Shown: positions 1-11,861, counted from the stretch's first letter. The stretch is 50,563 bases of DNA from Chromera velia (GCA_018398765.1 JAHBMJ010000322.1:1-50563); one strand, 5' to 3'. A program made the numbers and translations. Notes: generated by a model not told the origin, from the sequence alone.

Positions 1-5
1 ACACA

Positions 6-62
<57 letters not shown>

Positions 63-77
63 AGACAGACACACAGA
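1..77. repeat. (CA)n/(CGCA)n/(CAGA)n microsatellite, probably intronic
   Basis: Direct reading; followed by a pyrimidine tract and CAG acceptor at 101-116. Confidence 0.9.
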
Positions 78-116
78 GCATGTGTACACACCGACCAATG
101 CTTTTTTCCTCTGCAG

Positions 117-286
117 GTTGCGGTATGCTAGTCCGTTGTGAGGAGGATGAAGCGGAGGGTCTGGAGGGGGCAAGGAGAGTTGTTCCACGGATGGCTCAGG
201 CTCCCTTGAACACCCAAATCTGGGGAGACCACTTCCGCAACAGGTGGCAGCCTGTGTCAGCATGGTCTTCTTTGGACCGATTTTGA
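117..286 (+). CDS. Possible terminal exon of a gene starting upstream of the window
   Basis: Acceptor cttttttcctctgcag ends at 116; one frame is open to TGA at 284-286; no recognisable domain. Confidence 0.3.
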
Positions 287-1438
287 TCTGCGTGAACGAG
301 ACGAGGAGGGGTGAGGTGGTAGAGGCTCGTGTGTTGTGAGGCAAAGAGATGGAGTGGGAGATGATTGAAGGGCGAAAGGGTGTCCATGCAGAGGAGAGGA
401 AGTGGCTGAAATGTCACGAGTGCAGTACGACATGCATGCGTTGGTTCGTCACCTTCTGGCAGTGTTTGCCGAAATCGTTTCATAGGAGGAAGCGTTCGCC
501 TTTTTGGAAGTCTGACGTCAAAGGATACAGAATCGAGGTGGCACTGTTATGCTGGTTGTTTAGCGAGCAGTGCCTGTAGAAAAGGATGCTCAAAATTTAC
601 TGTAAGTCAGAAAATACCAGAGACAACTGACAACAACTGACAAACATCGTTAAACAAACTTATGTATGTAAAGCTTTTTTTTTTTTTTTGAAAAAATTGG
701 TTAATTCTAGTTATCATTAATTGGTAGCGTTGAACTGACTAATCTCTCAGTCAGTCAACTGATATCGTGATGCATTATCTGCTAGCTAGTACATTGTGTG
801 ACAAGTTGTGTCTATAACATTCTGTATATTTTGATCGATACTAGGATCGATATCTTAGTGGATATCATATTTTTGTAGATTCTATTAGTATAGAAAACGT
901 CTAGAAAAACGACGAAGCGTTATACTGTAGAGAAACATAGTATAAGAACAAGCGTAAGAGCCTGAGAGAAACTTAGAGAATTCGCTTAAATTATCCAGCT
1001 AAATCATTACTGAACTTACAGCCTGGGTAAAAAACATTTAATGTAACTTTAAAATCTATAGTTTAAAAAATTAAAGTATATTTCAAAAGTTTCGAACATT
1101 TCACCACTGATTCTTAAATCGTTGTTTGAATTTACAGTGGCATTACTACTAAAATTTATACTCTAAAATCATACTTTAAGTTTCGCCTCATTTTAAAACT
1201 TTACATATCAATCACACTTATAGAGTACAAGAACTGGCATCTGAACTGCATCTTGACTATCCGCTGCATGCATGGCCATGATCCAGGCCATCAGCTAGGC
1301 TATCAGTCACCGCCGCCCTCCAATTCAGGGGACAAACGAGGGGACCTAGGAGGGGACAAACTCTGGCTACGCTTTCGTAAAGCTGGATCATTGATGAAGT
1401 CCCCCTCACTGACTTTTCACTTACTTAACCCAATTTCC

Positions 1439-1898
1439 TTACGACGGACGGTGTGGCCTTACTCCTTGAGCCTGTATTTGACGCTTTGCTTCCTCCTCCT
1501 CTTCTGCTGCGATCCTGACTGCCTGCATCCCCTCTGGGGGTATCGAAACTCTGCACTTGGGCCCTCCGAAAGACTTCTGGAGAAAATAGTCAAACAACTG
1601 CTGCTTCCAAGAGAGCGGGGTTACGGACAGAATGCCGCTGCGAAGAGAGTCAGAGAGACCGGTTAGTTGGGCAACGGCATCTGTGACTGTGTGGTGTCCG
1701 GTGACTCTCTGGGTTCTTCTGGTTCCGTAGATGTCCACTAGGTTGGTGATGGAGGTCGGCTCTCGAATTTTCTTCTTGAATTTGGTTTCGAGACGGGTCT
1801 TTGCGGGAATGCGAGGGATGAGACCCCTCAGGTAGGGCGTGAGGGCGACGGAGAGCTCCCAAGCGTCCTCGATGGCAACACTCCCAGCCTGCGATAAA

Positions 1899-1935
<37 letters not shown>

Positions 1936-3595
1936 CAGTCAGTCAGTCAGTCAGTCAGTCAGTCAGTCAGAGTCAGAGGAGAGCCAGAGAGGGGAGAAGG
2001 ATAGTGAGAGGACCTCTAGATGGCATCACATCGATCGACTTCGTTGGACGGCAGTGGGAGAAGGACGGAACGAGGAGACACGTTGCACACAACAAAAAAA
2101 GAAAGAAATCAAGGTGGAGGAAGCAACAAAAGCAAAAGCAGCACATCACAGAAAAGGCGCGGTGCATGAGGTGAGTTCAAAGCAAAAGGAAAAGATGCAA
2201 GAGGAGAGTCAAGGGAACGAGCAGCAAAAACAGAATCCCATCGAGAAATACAGGAAGAAGACAGAGGGAATGCAGGTCCGACGGCACTCTTCACGAACAC
2301 TGTTGGAGGAGGTCAAGGTCACAGAAACAATGTGGACAAAAGGGTTCGGCGACCACAGCTAAAAAAGAAAAACAACGGTGCTGGCGACGAAAGACGCATA
2401 CAAATGATCGAGAATACTCTATCCCATGCACGCACCCGAGTGTGCGATGCCATATCTACTACATCTCCCTATTCCTCTCTCACCTGTGCCAGATTGGGAG
2501 GGAACGCGTGGGCAGCATCTCCAACGAAGGCCACTCTCCCGATGTTGAACAACACTCTCTTGTCCTGCATGTGATGATCCATCAACAGGGGGAGCTGGCG
2601 TCGTTCCGTCTCCTCAAGTATTTTCGGAATAGGGTCATGGAAGGACCCAAACGTTGAGTGAAGACTCTCGAGAACAGGGGCGTCAGTGGGGGGACCCCAC
2701 TCCTGCATTGCACGCCCGGGCCCCAGGAAACCATCCGCTGCGTCATCACGGAGCGTTGCAAACCAGAATAGAGCTTTCCGCTTCCCTTCTATGCTCTTGC
2801 CCCCACTCCCCCCTGCCTTGTATCTCAAAGGTATGACTGCAAATCTATTTTCATCACTCACAGTCTCGTATGGCTCTTCCCCCGCCCCCTCCATGTCCTC
2901 TATAATTCCCCCGAAAGACCGAAACCCTGTGTAGTAGAGAAACCCTCTCCGGGTACCCGGAGCTGTCGCTTGTCTGACAAGACTAGACACCCCATCAGCG
3001 CCAACTACAAAGTCCCCCTCAGTCATTGTACCGTCAGAAAACTCAATCTGCATTTTGGGATCCACCTCATACCCCGCTTCTCCCTGTCCCTCACATGAAA
3101 TCACTCTCTTGCCAAACGAAATTTCGAGAGGGGGCAGAGACGGGTGAAGCGAATCGTCTCGCAAGAGAGTCAGCAGGTCGCTCTGCCGACAGCTCAGCAC
3201 CTTCTCTCCCGTCTCGTCTCTCTGAGCCTGAAGAAGCCACGTGCCCTCTTTGCTGCGATAACTCGCGGGGGGGATCTTCAGGGCAATCTCCTCGAAACGT
3301 CTCCGGAGACCGATGTATGCAAGCACACGCTGAGCTTCTCTCCACATACCCTGCACACACAGAGAAAAAAAGAAAAACCAAAAAGGAGACGGCAAGTTCA
3401 GAGACAGCGGAGGAAGTGAACGCAAATCATTTTGGTCGCTTCACCCACCAGTCCCCTATCTCTCATCAGCCGATCCTCCCAAGAAGGAAGCGCCTCAAAG
3501 AGCTTCACTCTGGCACCTGCTCGCTGCAAACATCTGGCAGCAGTTAAACCACCGAGACCTCCACCGACAATCACTGCTGTAATGGGAGCGGCCAT
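1439..3595 (-). CDS. FAD-dependent monooxygenase (FAD_binding_3; salicylate hydroxylase/zeaxanthin epoxidase-like), 3 exons: 3595-3449, 3350-2484, 1888-1439, about 487 aa
   Basis: Rossmann motif VIVGGGLGGL, DG motif VVGADGVSSLVR, and GD motif FVGDAAHAFPPNLAQ spliced to AGSVAIEDA. Both introns are GT-AG, phase 0, and the joined frame is open. Confidence 0.92.
1902..1970. repeat. (CA)n + (CAGT)n microsatellite in monooxygenase intron 2
   Basis: Direct reading. Confidence 0.9.
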
Positions 3596-4289
3596 CAGAG
3601 ACGAGTGACGAGTTGAACTGCAATTCGACAAATTCACAAATGATCGCCGTTCCGGATGATGGCAGCGGAGGACTCACTACAGCCACTACAAATCATGGCA
3701 GCTCCATACTGGCATTACACACGCTGATGTGACTGCCCTTTCACGAAGGAAATTTCGGTCAGCAAGGGAGATTTCGGGAGGAGCGGTCTTCACAGCACGT
3801 CAAGTCGACGCGCGGGGCGCGCCCTTCGCGTCGATCCGGTACGTACGCGCACGTACGTGGCCGGGCCCATGCACTGCACGCGCGCCGCCATCGATCCATA
3901 GGGGCTTGCGCCCGTACCCCTCAACCCTAACATAATTAACATAACATTACCTTGCAGTACGGGACCTGCGATCGCAAGTTTGTGTTTCAAACACTTTCGA
4001 TCTCGATCATGTAACGATACATAACGATTTATGTTTGAGATCGTCGATCTGTGCTTAGGTTAGCTTAGGTTATTACAATCAAATTTCTAGAAATTCCTAT
4101 ATATGTCTTCAAACATAGGCTACCATACCATTTTTACTTTCTAACCACTTATATTTTTTGCGTGTATGTATGACGTGGATTAAAATTGATTACAATTCAA
4201 CTTAGAAGCTAGCAGCTGCTAGCTTAGAAGGCCAGAATCGTATGAAAGCCTACATTTGACAAACTTGTCACTGTTCTCCAGATTCAATT

Positions 4290-6979
4290 TCAACGCCCCC
4301 GGACCAATCGTACAGCAGCACGCACCGCCTCCTCAACAGCCAGGCGTGCTGTCGTTGCCGCTTCTTTGGTCCCTTCAATTGCCTCCCTCACCCCCTTCCC
4401 GGCCGCCCCCTTCGCCTCCAAGGCAGCTCGCCTGCTCACCTCCACGCCCCTCCTCACGCTCACAGCCCCTGCTTCCGCTACACCGACCAGCCAGACTTTC
4501 ACCCCGACCATCACCTTTCCCACCTCCTCTCCAGCAACAACCGCCCCCTTCCACATCTCCACACCAATTTCCCACACCAGCTTCAGGGCCTCCTTGCCAG
4601 CCCTCTCAGTCGGCCTCCACACTCGAAGCCACATCTCTAGTCCGACACGAGACAACTCTCGAGACACACCGACAAGCCACTCTACTGCCCTCCTCCCCTG
4701 AGAGACCCCAACAGTCCACACCACAAGAACCCCTTCCCTTAGAGGCTCCCACACGGCCACACAAAACCCGCACAAGCCTACCCAAAGCCAGTGTGCTCTC
4801 AAGGAAGCTACACGCCAAACATCTCTACAGAAAACAGACCCAACAGACCAAAGGTTCACAGCAACATCCCTCGAAACAACCGCTGCCCCAACACACACAC
4901 GACCCACACGCCTCGCCACCAGCCCACACAGAGACCACAACTGCAACAGAGGCCCCCTCAGAACGTCCATGCCTCTCCTCGCCAAGGCACTAACCAAAAG
5001 GAACACCCTCAAGACCGCACTGCGAATCTGACTCCCCCACCAGACAGCAACAGCCCGCACTGCCAGGGAACCAGCCACCACAACGGAAACGATGCAGCAG
5101 CCAACGCGGTAGAGTCCAACAAGCACACACCAAACAGAGTAGAACAGAGCCTGGACGACTTTCACAAAAACCTGCAGACAGATTCTCTGCACCCTCACAC
5201 CACCCTCGTTCACCTGTCGACAAACAAACAGCACAATCCGCAGAGCCCTTTTTCCCACAGCAAAACCAAATTCAGCTAACGGATCCACGCCCACTCTCCA
5301 CACCCATTCCACATACTCTTTCACGGCTCCACAGAAGGGAACCACAACCTTCTGATTGATTGCCTGGCCACCTCTCAACGCCACCCTTCCACCCACCCGT
5401 GCTCCTGCACTAACAAGTCTCCCCGTCTCCATGGAAACCCTCCCGATCCCCTTTCCACACAAACATGCCACTCGACCCGCAAACCTCCCGCCTCTGACCG
5501 CCTCTCCCCCGATCGCGCAACCCACTCTCACTCCCTCCTCTTTGATTCGAACTGCGCACTTCATTACAAATTTCTGCACAGGCTCTTGGACGGGCCAGAC
5601 AAATCGGAGATATGCGCGCTGGCCACAGTGCCAACTCCACACCACTCCCGTGACCGTCCCTTTCTTCACAGCAACAAAACAACGGACGAAGACCTCAAAT
5701 CCACTCTTCAAACCTTCCACAAAAACAACAAAGGCCTTACAAAGAACACCTCCCACCTTCTCAGCAACAAGTTTTAATCGCTGATAATTCTGGATCGCAC
5801 CTCTTTGAATACAATTGCACAATCTTACAATCCAAGCCTGCACGACTGCCCACCCAGCTCTCACTCTGAGACCCATCCAGTCGCCCCAGTCCACTGCGAC
5901 CCTTCCAAGCCATCTCATCACAACAGACACACACCGAGAAAATCGAGAACCCAGGAGCCCCAGACTCTCCACGCTCCGACGTCCAAATGCGGAGGCTTCT
6001 TCTCGCACGCGGATATATACCCTGCCTGCTCTTCTCCCCCCCTTCTTGCACAAAATGAAGCTTCGGATACAAGACCGCCTGCCAATCACCACCACTTGGT
6101 AGCCTGTGTAGATCACCAGGCCCCAAGAAATCAGCAGGAAGCGGGCGGGCGCAGGAAGAGATGAGATGTAGCTGGTCGCCTGCGCAAACAAAATAGCACA
6201 AGCGTGAAAGAAGAATTTCGGGGGAAACCGAGAAGGTTCGCACAAATCAAATTCCATCTTCTTGCATTGATCTAAGGTCCCGCCACACCCACAGCAGAAG
6301 TAATCATACGCAATCCCCCGTCTTTGCATCTCACTTCCCGACAAGAACGAACCAACCACTGAAGACCTTCAAAAACCACAAATTGCGCACGAAGTAATCA
6401 AGCTCCACACACGATCTACACCTGTCCCGCGGAGTGTCTGCCTACGCTACGTCCTTTTTTCTTCTCTGCGTACTGCCCACTCATCACCTTTTTGAATTTA
6501 ATTCTCTGCATGCATCTATCTCCCCACTCCTGCCTGACTCTTCCAAGACTACTTCAGGTTTTCTGTATTTCCTTTGACGTGCCCGACCCGGCCCACCGAC
6601 TGACCCTGAGGTTCATCTGTTGGGCAAGCGTCCTCACGTGCTCACTCCTTCCGTAAGCGTCGTAGTGGCACTTGAGGAACTTGTACAGCTGGTGTCTGCT
6701 CATTCGCTTCGTCTTTCCCTGCTCATCGATCTGCTGGAGGTACTCTCTGCTGAACGCTTCCGGAAAGTCTCTGGACAAGAGTGCAGTCCACTTGCGAGTG
6801 TCACGAGGATCCATGAAAGCAAGGGATGCCTCTTTGGATGCGATCGAGAGAGTTGAGAGGTCTCTAATGTCCAAAAAGAGCACCACGCAGTTCCTCAAGT
6901 TCTCGGACAAACCGCAAAGGACCGGCCTCTCTGTCTTTCGAGAGCCGTCAGCATAGGGGAATGATAGTCTCAACCCCAT
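4290..6979 (-). CDS. F-box-like protein with a long hydrophobic/amphipathic C-terminal region; probable exons 6979-6605, 6505-6451, 6358-4290 (about 830 aa)
   Basis: Exon 1 has an F-box-like pattern LCGLSENLRNCVVLFLDIRDLSTLSIASK...W..LLSRDFP. A 689-codon open frame lies downstream. A phase-compatible GT-AG path exists, but the middle exon has weak splice sites. Confidence 0.6.
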
Positions 6980-7616
6980 ATCGGAGTGAAAAACGTCAAA
7001 GAACTAAGGAGAAGAAATTCGAAGGCGACTGCCCAAGCATCCGTAGACCCTGCAGGTGTCTGACCAGTGACCAGTGCCCCACCGAGAACCTGAAAACGAC
7101 TCTGCAACACCCGAGTTCGTCCGTGCGCATGTGTGCGAGGAATCCAATTTGAGCCACTGTGCGGAAATGACCTTTGTAAGATCGTACCAGCAGATTCCGT
7201 ACGCTCCTCTGCCGTGACACGATTGTTAGATCACTGACAGATGATGATGGATCAACTGCAAGGGTCCTTTCAAGACTCCTTTGGGTGGTCTGATGTGGAC
7301 GGATAGAAACGGACTTGAATCATGAGCAGCTTATTGCAGCTTTGGCCCCGGAATTTTGCGGATGCCGTCTCTCCGTCTCCACTCTCACGTCTTTGCCGTA
7401 ACAATGCCGTGCAAGGCTATGAGTGCAGCCTGGAGTCCTGGACGAAAATTGACGGAGTTTGACCAACAGCACATTGATTTCTCAGCACAGTCTGTGTGTC
7501 ACTCTGTACCTCAGCCGACAGGTGAGGTCGGGCCACTTAATTTTTGCTGCGGAGACTCAGATCCGTCTACATATATACGTGCAGACTGTCTTCCCATTTC
7601 TGGCACTTTTGCGAAA

Positions 7617-8105
7617 ATGCCGAAGACAATTGTGGGCGTGATGGGTCCCGGGGAGGGTGCCACTCCTGAAGATCTGATCAATGCCGAGGAGCTCGGAAAG
7701 CGCATTGCCGCAGCAGGGTGGCTTCTCCTTACAGGGGGCCGTGATGAGGGTGTGATGGATGCAGCAGCCAAGGGAGCGAAGGCTGCAGGAGGAGAAACGA
7801 TCGGCATTCTGCCCACCAAGGGACCCGGATCGACCTCTACTCACATCGACATCGCCATCTATACAGATCTCGGCCAGGGTCGAAACAGTGTGAACGTGCT
7901 GACCAGCAATGCGGTTGTTGCCGTTGGTATGGGACCTGGCACTGCTTCTGAGGTCTCACTGGCTTTGAAGAGTGGAAAGCCCGTTGTGATGATGACAGCA
8001 GACAAGGAGGCCGTGGCGTTCTTTTCTAAGCTCGGTGGGCCTCTCGTGACAGTGGCGGCAGATGTCGCAGCAGCGGCTGCGGCTCTGAAGAAGACTCTGG
8101 AATAA
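7617..8105 (+). CDS. LOG/SLOG-superfamily nucleotide-binding protein (TIGR00725-like), intronless, 162 aa
   Basis: IVGVMGPG, LLTGGR.GVMDAAAKGAKAAGG.TIGILP, GRNSVNVLTS and GMGPGTASEVSLALK.GKPV motifs; first ATG in aaaATGc context at 7617. Confidence 0.9.
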   Translation: MPKTIVGVMGPGEGATPEDLINAEELGKRIAAAGWLLLTGGRDEGVMDAAAKGAKAAGGETIGILPTKGPGSTSTHIDIAIYTDLGQGRNSVNVLTSNAVVAVGMGPGTASEVSLALKSGKPVVMMTADKEAVAFFSKLGGPLVTVAADVAAAAAALKKTLE

Positions 8106-9347
8106 TTTCAGTTCCTCTGCATGTGCATCATCGTGTCTGACTTTTGGGTTCGTGTTGCTACGGGGGAATGCATTGTCTCTGTTACCCTTGAATGCTTCCT
8201 GTGTTGTTCATTCACTCATTCTCATCCACCCCGCAGCTCATTCAGTCCCCCTTGGTTGTTCCGAGGTGCACAATCGGGGTGGATGCGACTGTCCTTCATT
8301 CATTGTTCTTGGGTATTCTTGAAATCACAAAAATCCTCCGTCCTTCTGTAAGTTCCAAGTAAAACTGTCTGATGTAAGGCAACCGTTCTGACAGTCTGTG
8401 GTTGAGAAGCTTTCAGAGGCACGGGTGGCTTCAAGAAAGCGTCTGTCCGTCGATGTTCTTCCATCGATTTAGCGATGAGCTGTCTGGCTGGGTGGATGGA
8501 TGCGTGAGCCTGCATGCATGCAATTGTGGCGGCCTGGTGTGGGGAGGGGTCGCAAAGTGGATGCAATTCGTTTCCAATCGAGAGAACATTCCAAAGCGGG
8601 GGCTCTCAATTTGAATGGAAGCTGATTGAAACATTGGCAGACTGCCTTGCGACTCTTGCATGATCGTTTGAGGCTCGCTCGTCGATATTTATTCATCTAT
8701 TTTTTGCACCGACAGACTTCTGTGTACAAAAAGGAGAAGACAAAGCAGAGATCTTCACCAAGCAACAGAAAGTATCAAAACAAAGGGAGAGCGCTTGGGA
8801 AAGCAAGTCTGAAAGACTAAGTTTAAGACTTTGAAGTGGGTGATTGCAGCATTGAACTGTGTGTAATTTTAAACAAAGTGAAGCTCAGTCAGGGATGATC
8901 CGAGGACCAGAGAAAGAATCCGTCGCAAAAAGCCTTTGCCGCCCCTGCAGCCTTCAAACTTTTAATTGCGGCTCAAAGCCACTTGAAAGCTATGTAAGCT
9001 ACTAGTAGAAGCTGTTGATATCAACTTGATGATAATTAATGAGATGATTGACAACCCAGTTAAGAGCGACCATGCATATAAAAAGCTTTCTTAATTAAAA
9101 TTGAAAAGTACATAATTAAAGCTTCAACGTAGGCTTTGACCTGCATCGTACATGCATGGCTTACAGTTTAGTTTGGAGTATAGGGACTGTGTGGCTATTC
9201 AACTAATTATACTGCCTATACAAAAGACTCTTGAAAAGAAACTTAAATTCTAGCTTAAATTTAATATTTTACTTTTTATGACCTGCATGCAGTTTATAGT
9301 GATCTAGGAATTGAAAGAGGAAGAAGAAGATGAAAAGAAAAGAAACT

Positions 9348-9574
9348 CGTAGAGTTATGGCGCTGCTAACGTACGGGGCTATAAGATCTGAAAGTCGGAC
9401 ATGCATTGTTCATACTTCTCTTTAGTCTTACACACAGGCAAGACTGTACTTCTGAATTGACTTGCATGCGAACCAATTAATACAATGTATGCATGCATAT
9501 ACATATGCGCCATACGCTTGACATGCGCGCACTACGTGCAGCTCTGACAATGCCTACAACCTCACAATGTAACG
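9348..9574 (-). repeat. 3' LTR of the non-autonomous element
   Basis: About 93% identical to 11351-11577; PPT-like tract at 9575-9587. Confidence 0.9.
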
Positions 9575-10018
9575 TGCCACCTCCCCCAGAGTGTCGTCCC
9601 GACACTTTCATCACAAGATGAGAGCGATCAAGCTTGACGTGCATGTCTCTACAGAGCATTGTCAGAACCAGGTTCGGGACGTTTGATGATGTTTGAAGCT
9701 TTTGCCTGGCGATTTGGAACATTCTGTCTTCTCTTCTTCTTGTATCTTTCAACTCCTCTCTCATATGCTCTCATCTCTCTTTTTTTTGTCCATCCTGCAT
9801 TTCACTTCTGCTTAGGTGGAGGGGCAAAGATGCACTGCCTCTTTCCTACCTACACACATGCCCCCTTTCCTCCAAGCCGTGTCCACATGGCCATGCAGAT
9901 GAAGTCAAAGGCAGACGCAGCTGAAAAAAAAACAAATGGGCTCTATGCATGGAACAGATGATCGAACACACAAATGGGACTGTTACAGTGGGGTGAATAC
10001 CGTCTCCTCAATCCGATC

Positions 10019-11173
10019 TCAAGACTGTCGGCTGTACCCCTTCCATTCGGTCACACCTGAACGCTGTTGTCTCATCATGTTCTGCCTTATTATGTTTAAG
10101 GCAGCAGTACGTTCTCGCTCTTGGCGTTCAAATACCAGTTGCACTCTTTCTCTTTCCATCAGGCCTGATCGAATTCCAGTGCAGACAGGCCTAACTCGTC
10201 TCCCCACTTCTGGTGTCTGTGCACTGAATCCCTCTCTATACAGAACTCCACTGGGAGGTATCTCATGATTTTGAGCGCAAGCTGAGCGGATCGTATTCAG
10301 CAGCGCTGCATGTCTTTCCGTTTGTTTTGCCCCTCTCTTTGCTCTCTGCTTCTCTTTCTTTCTCTCTGCCTTTCCTGCGTTTTGGATCAGTTCTATTCTC
10401 CCAATCCTCATGGGGGCAACTTCAGTTTCTCCGGCAATGAACGGCGCTGACTCTGGGAAAATTGAGTGCTGCTTTCTGACTGATCTCCCACTGACTGTCT
10501 CCGCTTCCCATGTCTGCATCCTCGTGTCCGGAAAGACCTACTGGCAATACTGCTTCGAATTCAGATTCTTCTGCATTGCTGTACCCTTGAAAATCAAACG
10601 TGGGGTCTTTTCTCCTTGGTCACTTCTCTGGAAACCCGGTGTCGCTGTGAAGCTCTTTGCTGCTGTTTGGGGTTCACTCACCACAACATCACTTTGAGGG
10701 CGTTGGAGTCCCCAGTCGTCTGTGGGCGCATGCGGAGTGTGTAAAGGTCTGTACGCCTTGAACCCATCTGCTTCCTTCTGCTTCACTGGGGAGGCAGTCT
10801 GGTCATCATCCGATTTCCTCCCATCTCTCTTGCTGTGTGTCTATCCGAGGGCCTTCTCATTCCATTGGGTCTTCGAAAAATGCAAACCACGACACGTCTT
10901 CTTCTTCTTTTCCGGCTCTTCGTCTCGACCCTCCTGAATGATGTCCTTCGATTGTTTGCGACCCTTCCTCGCTCTGCATTTCTTCTTGCCCATAGACCTC
11001 GAGGGCAACCATCGCTGCATTTCTTCAGCGACTCCGGACAGAAGAAGACAAACAGACTCGTATCGGTCATCCAGGGTCGCAACGGAGACGTCCTTCAGTT
11101 CCTCTACACTCTTCACAAGGAATGCAATTGCACAGAAAATCGGGCCCACTTCTCTATGTGGCCTCAACGTCAT
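10019..11173 (-). pseudogene. Disrupted ORF of about 385 codons, unknown function, inside the LTR element
   Basis: ORF-track segments 10841-11173, 10538-10786 and 10019-10519 share one frame and are separated only by single TAG codons. Confidence 0.65.
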
Positions 11174-11350
11174 CGCAATAACAAGAGAAAGACCTACAAG
11201 AACTCTGAAAAGCGAACAGACTCAATATACCCAGAGAAGATCGTCGTCTAGTGCGAAAGAATGCCTGCCGTCTGCCGTTCAACGATACAGAGATTCGTCT
11301 CTGATCATAAACAGAACAGATTGGTCCCTGACCGACCTACTCTGCTGCCA

Positions 11351-11577
11351 CGTAGAGTTATGGCGCTACTAACGTATGGGGCTATAAGATCTCAGAGTCG
11401 GACATGCATTGTTCGTACTTCTCTTTAGTCTTATACACAGGCAAGACTGTACTTCTGAATGGACTTGCATGCGAACCAATTAATACAATGCATGCATGTA
11501 CATACATATGCGCCATACACTCAACATACGTGCACTACGTGTAGCTCTGACAATGCCTACAACCTCACAATGTAACG
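11351..11577 (-). repeat. 5' LTR of the non-autonomous element
   Basis: PBS-like TGGCAGCAGAG immediately follows on the minus strand (11350-11340). Confidence 0.9.
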
Positions 11578-11622
11578 AAACTAAAACTTAAAATTAAAAA
11601 AAAATAGATAAATAAAAAAGAT

Positions 11623-11748
11623 GAGAGAGAGAGAGAGAAGAAGAAGAAGAACTGAAGAAGAAGAAGAAGGAAAAGAAGAAGAAGAAGAAGAAGACGAAGA
11701 AGAAGAAGAAGAAGAAGAAGAAGAAGAAGAAGAAGAAGAAAAAGAAGA
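11623..11748. repeat. (GA)n/(GAA)n microsatellite
   Basis: Direct reading. Confidence 0.9.
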
Positions 11749-11861
11749 AATTTGAATTAAAAAAAGAATTTTTTCTGTACTTATAATTAAGTTGTACTGG
11801 TAAAAGTTGTAATAACATGCATCCCAGTCATCAGGGCGATGCATGATTGAGTGCTGGGCTA

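Larger units (their letters stand above)
9348..11577 (-). mobile_element. Non-autonomous LTR retroelement (2230 bp) with 227-bp LTRs, 5-bp TSD AAACT, PBS and PPT; no RT or integrase
   Basis: Direct repeats 9348-9574 and 11351-11577 (16 differences counted). AAACT at 9343-9347 and 11578-11582. On the minus strand TGGCAGCAGAGTAGG follows one LTR and GGGGGAGGTGGCA precedes the other. Confidence 0.9.

Noticed and set aside
4256..6164. Several Pro/Thr/His-rich ORFs on the + strand (e.g. 4256-4993, 245 aa)
   Set aside because: Antisense shadows of the 689-codon minus-strand ORF; no domains and mostly non-ATG starts.
7356..7616. 87-aa N-terminal extension of the LOG ORF
   Set aside because: It starts at a TTG and has no targeting-peptide character; family similarity begins at the ATG at 7617, and a GTGAGG...GCAG pair suggests a 5' UTR intron.
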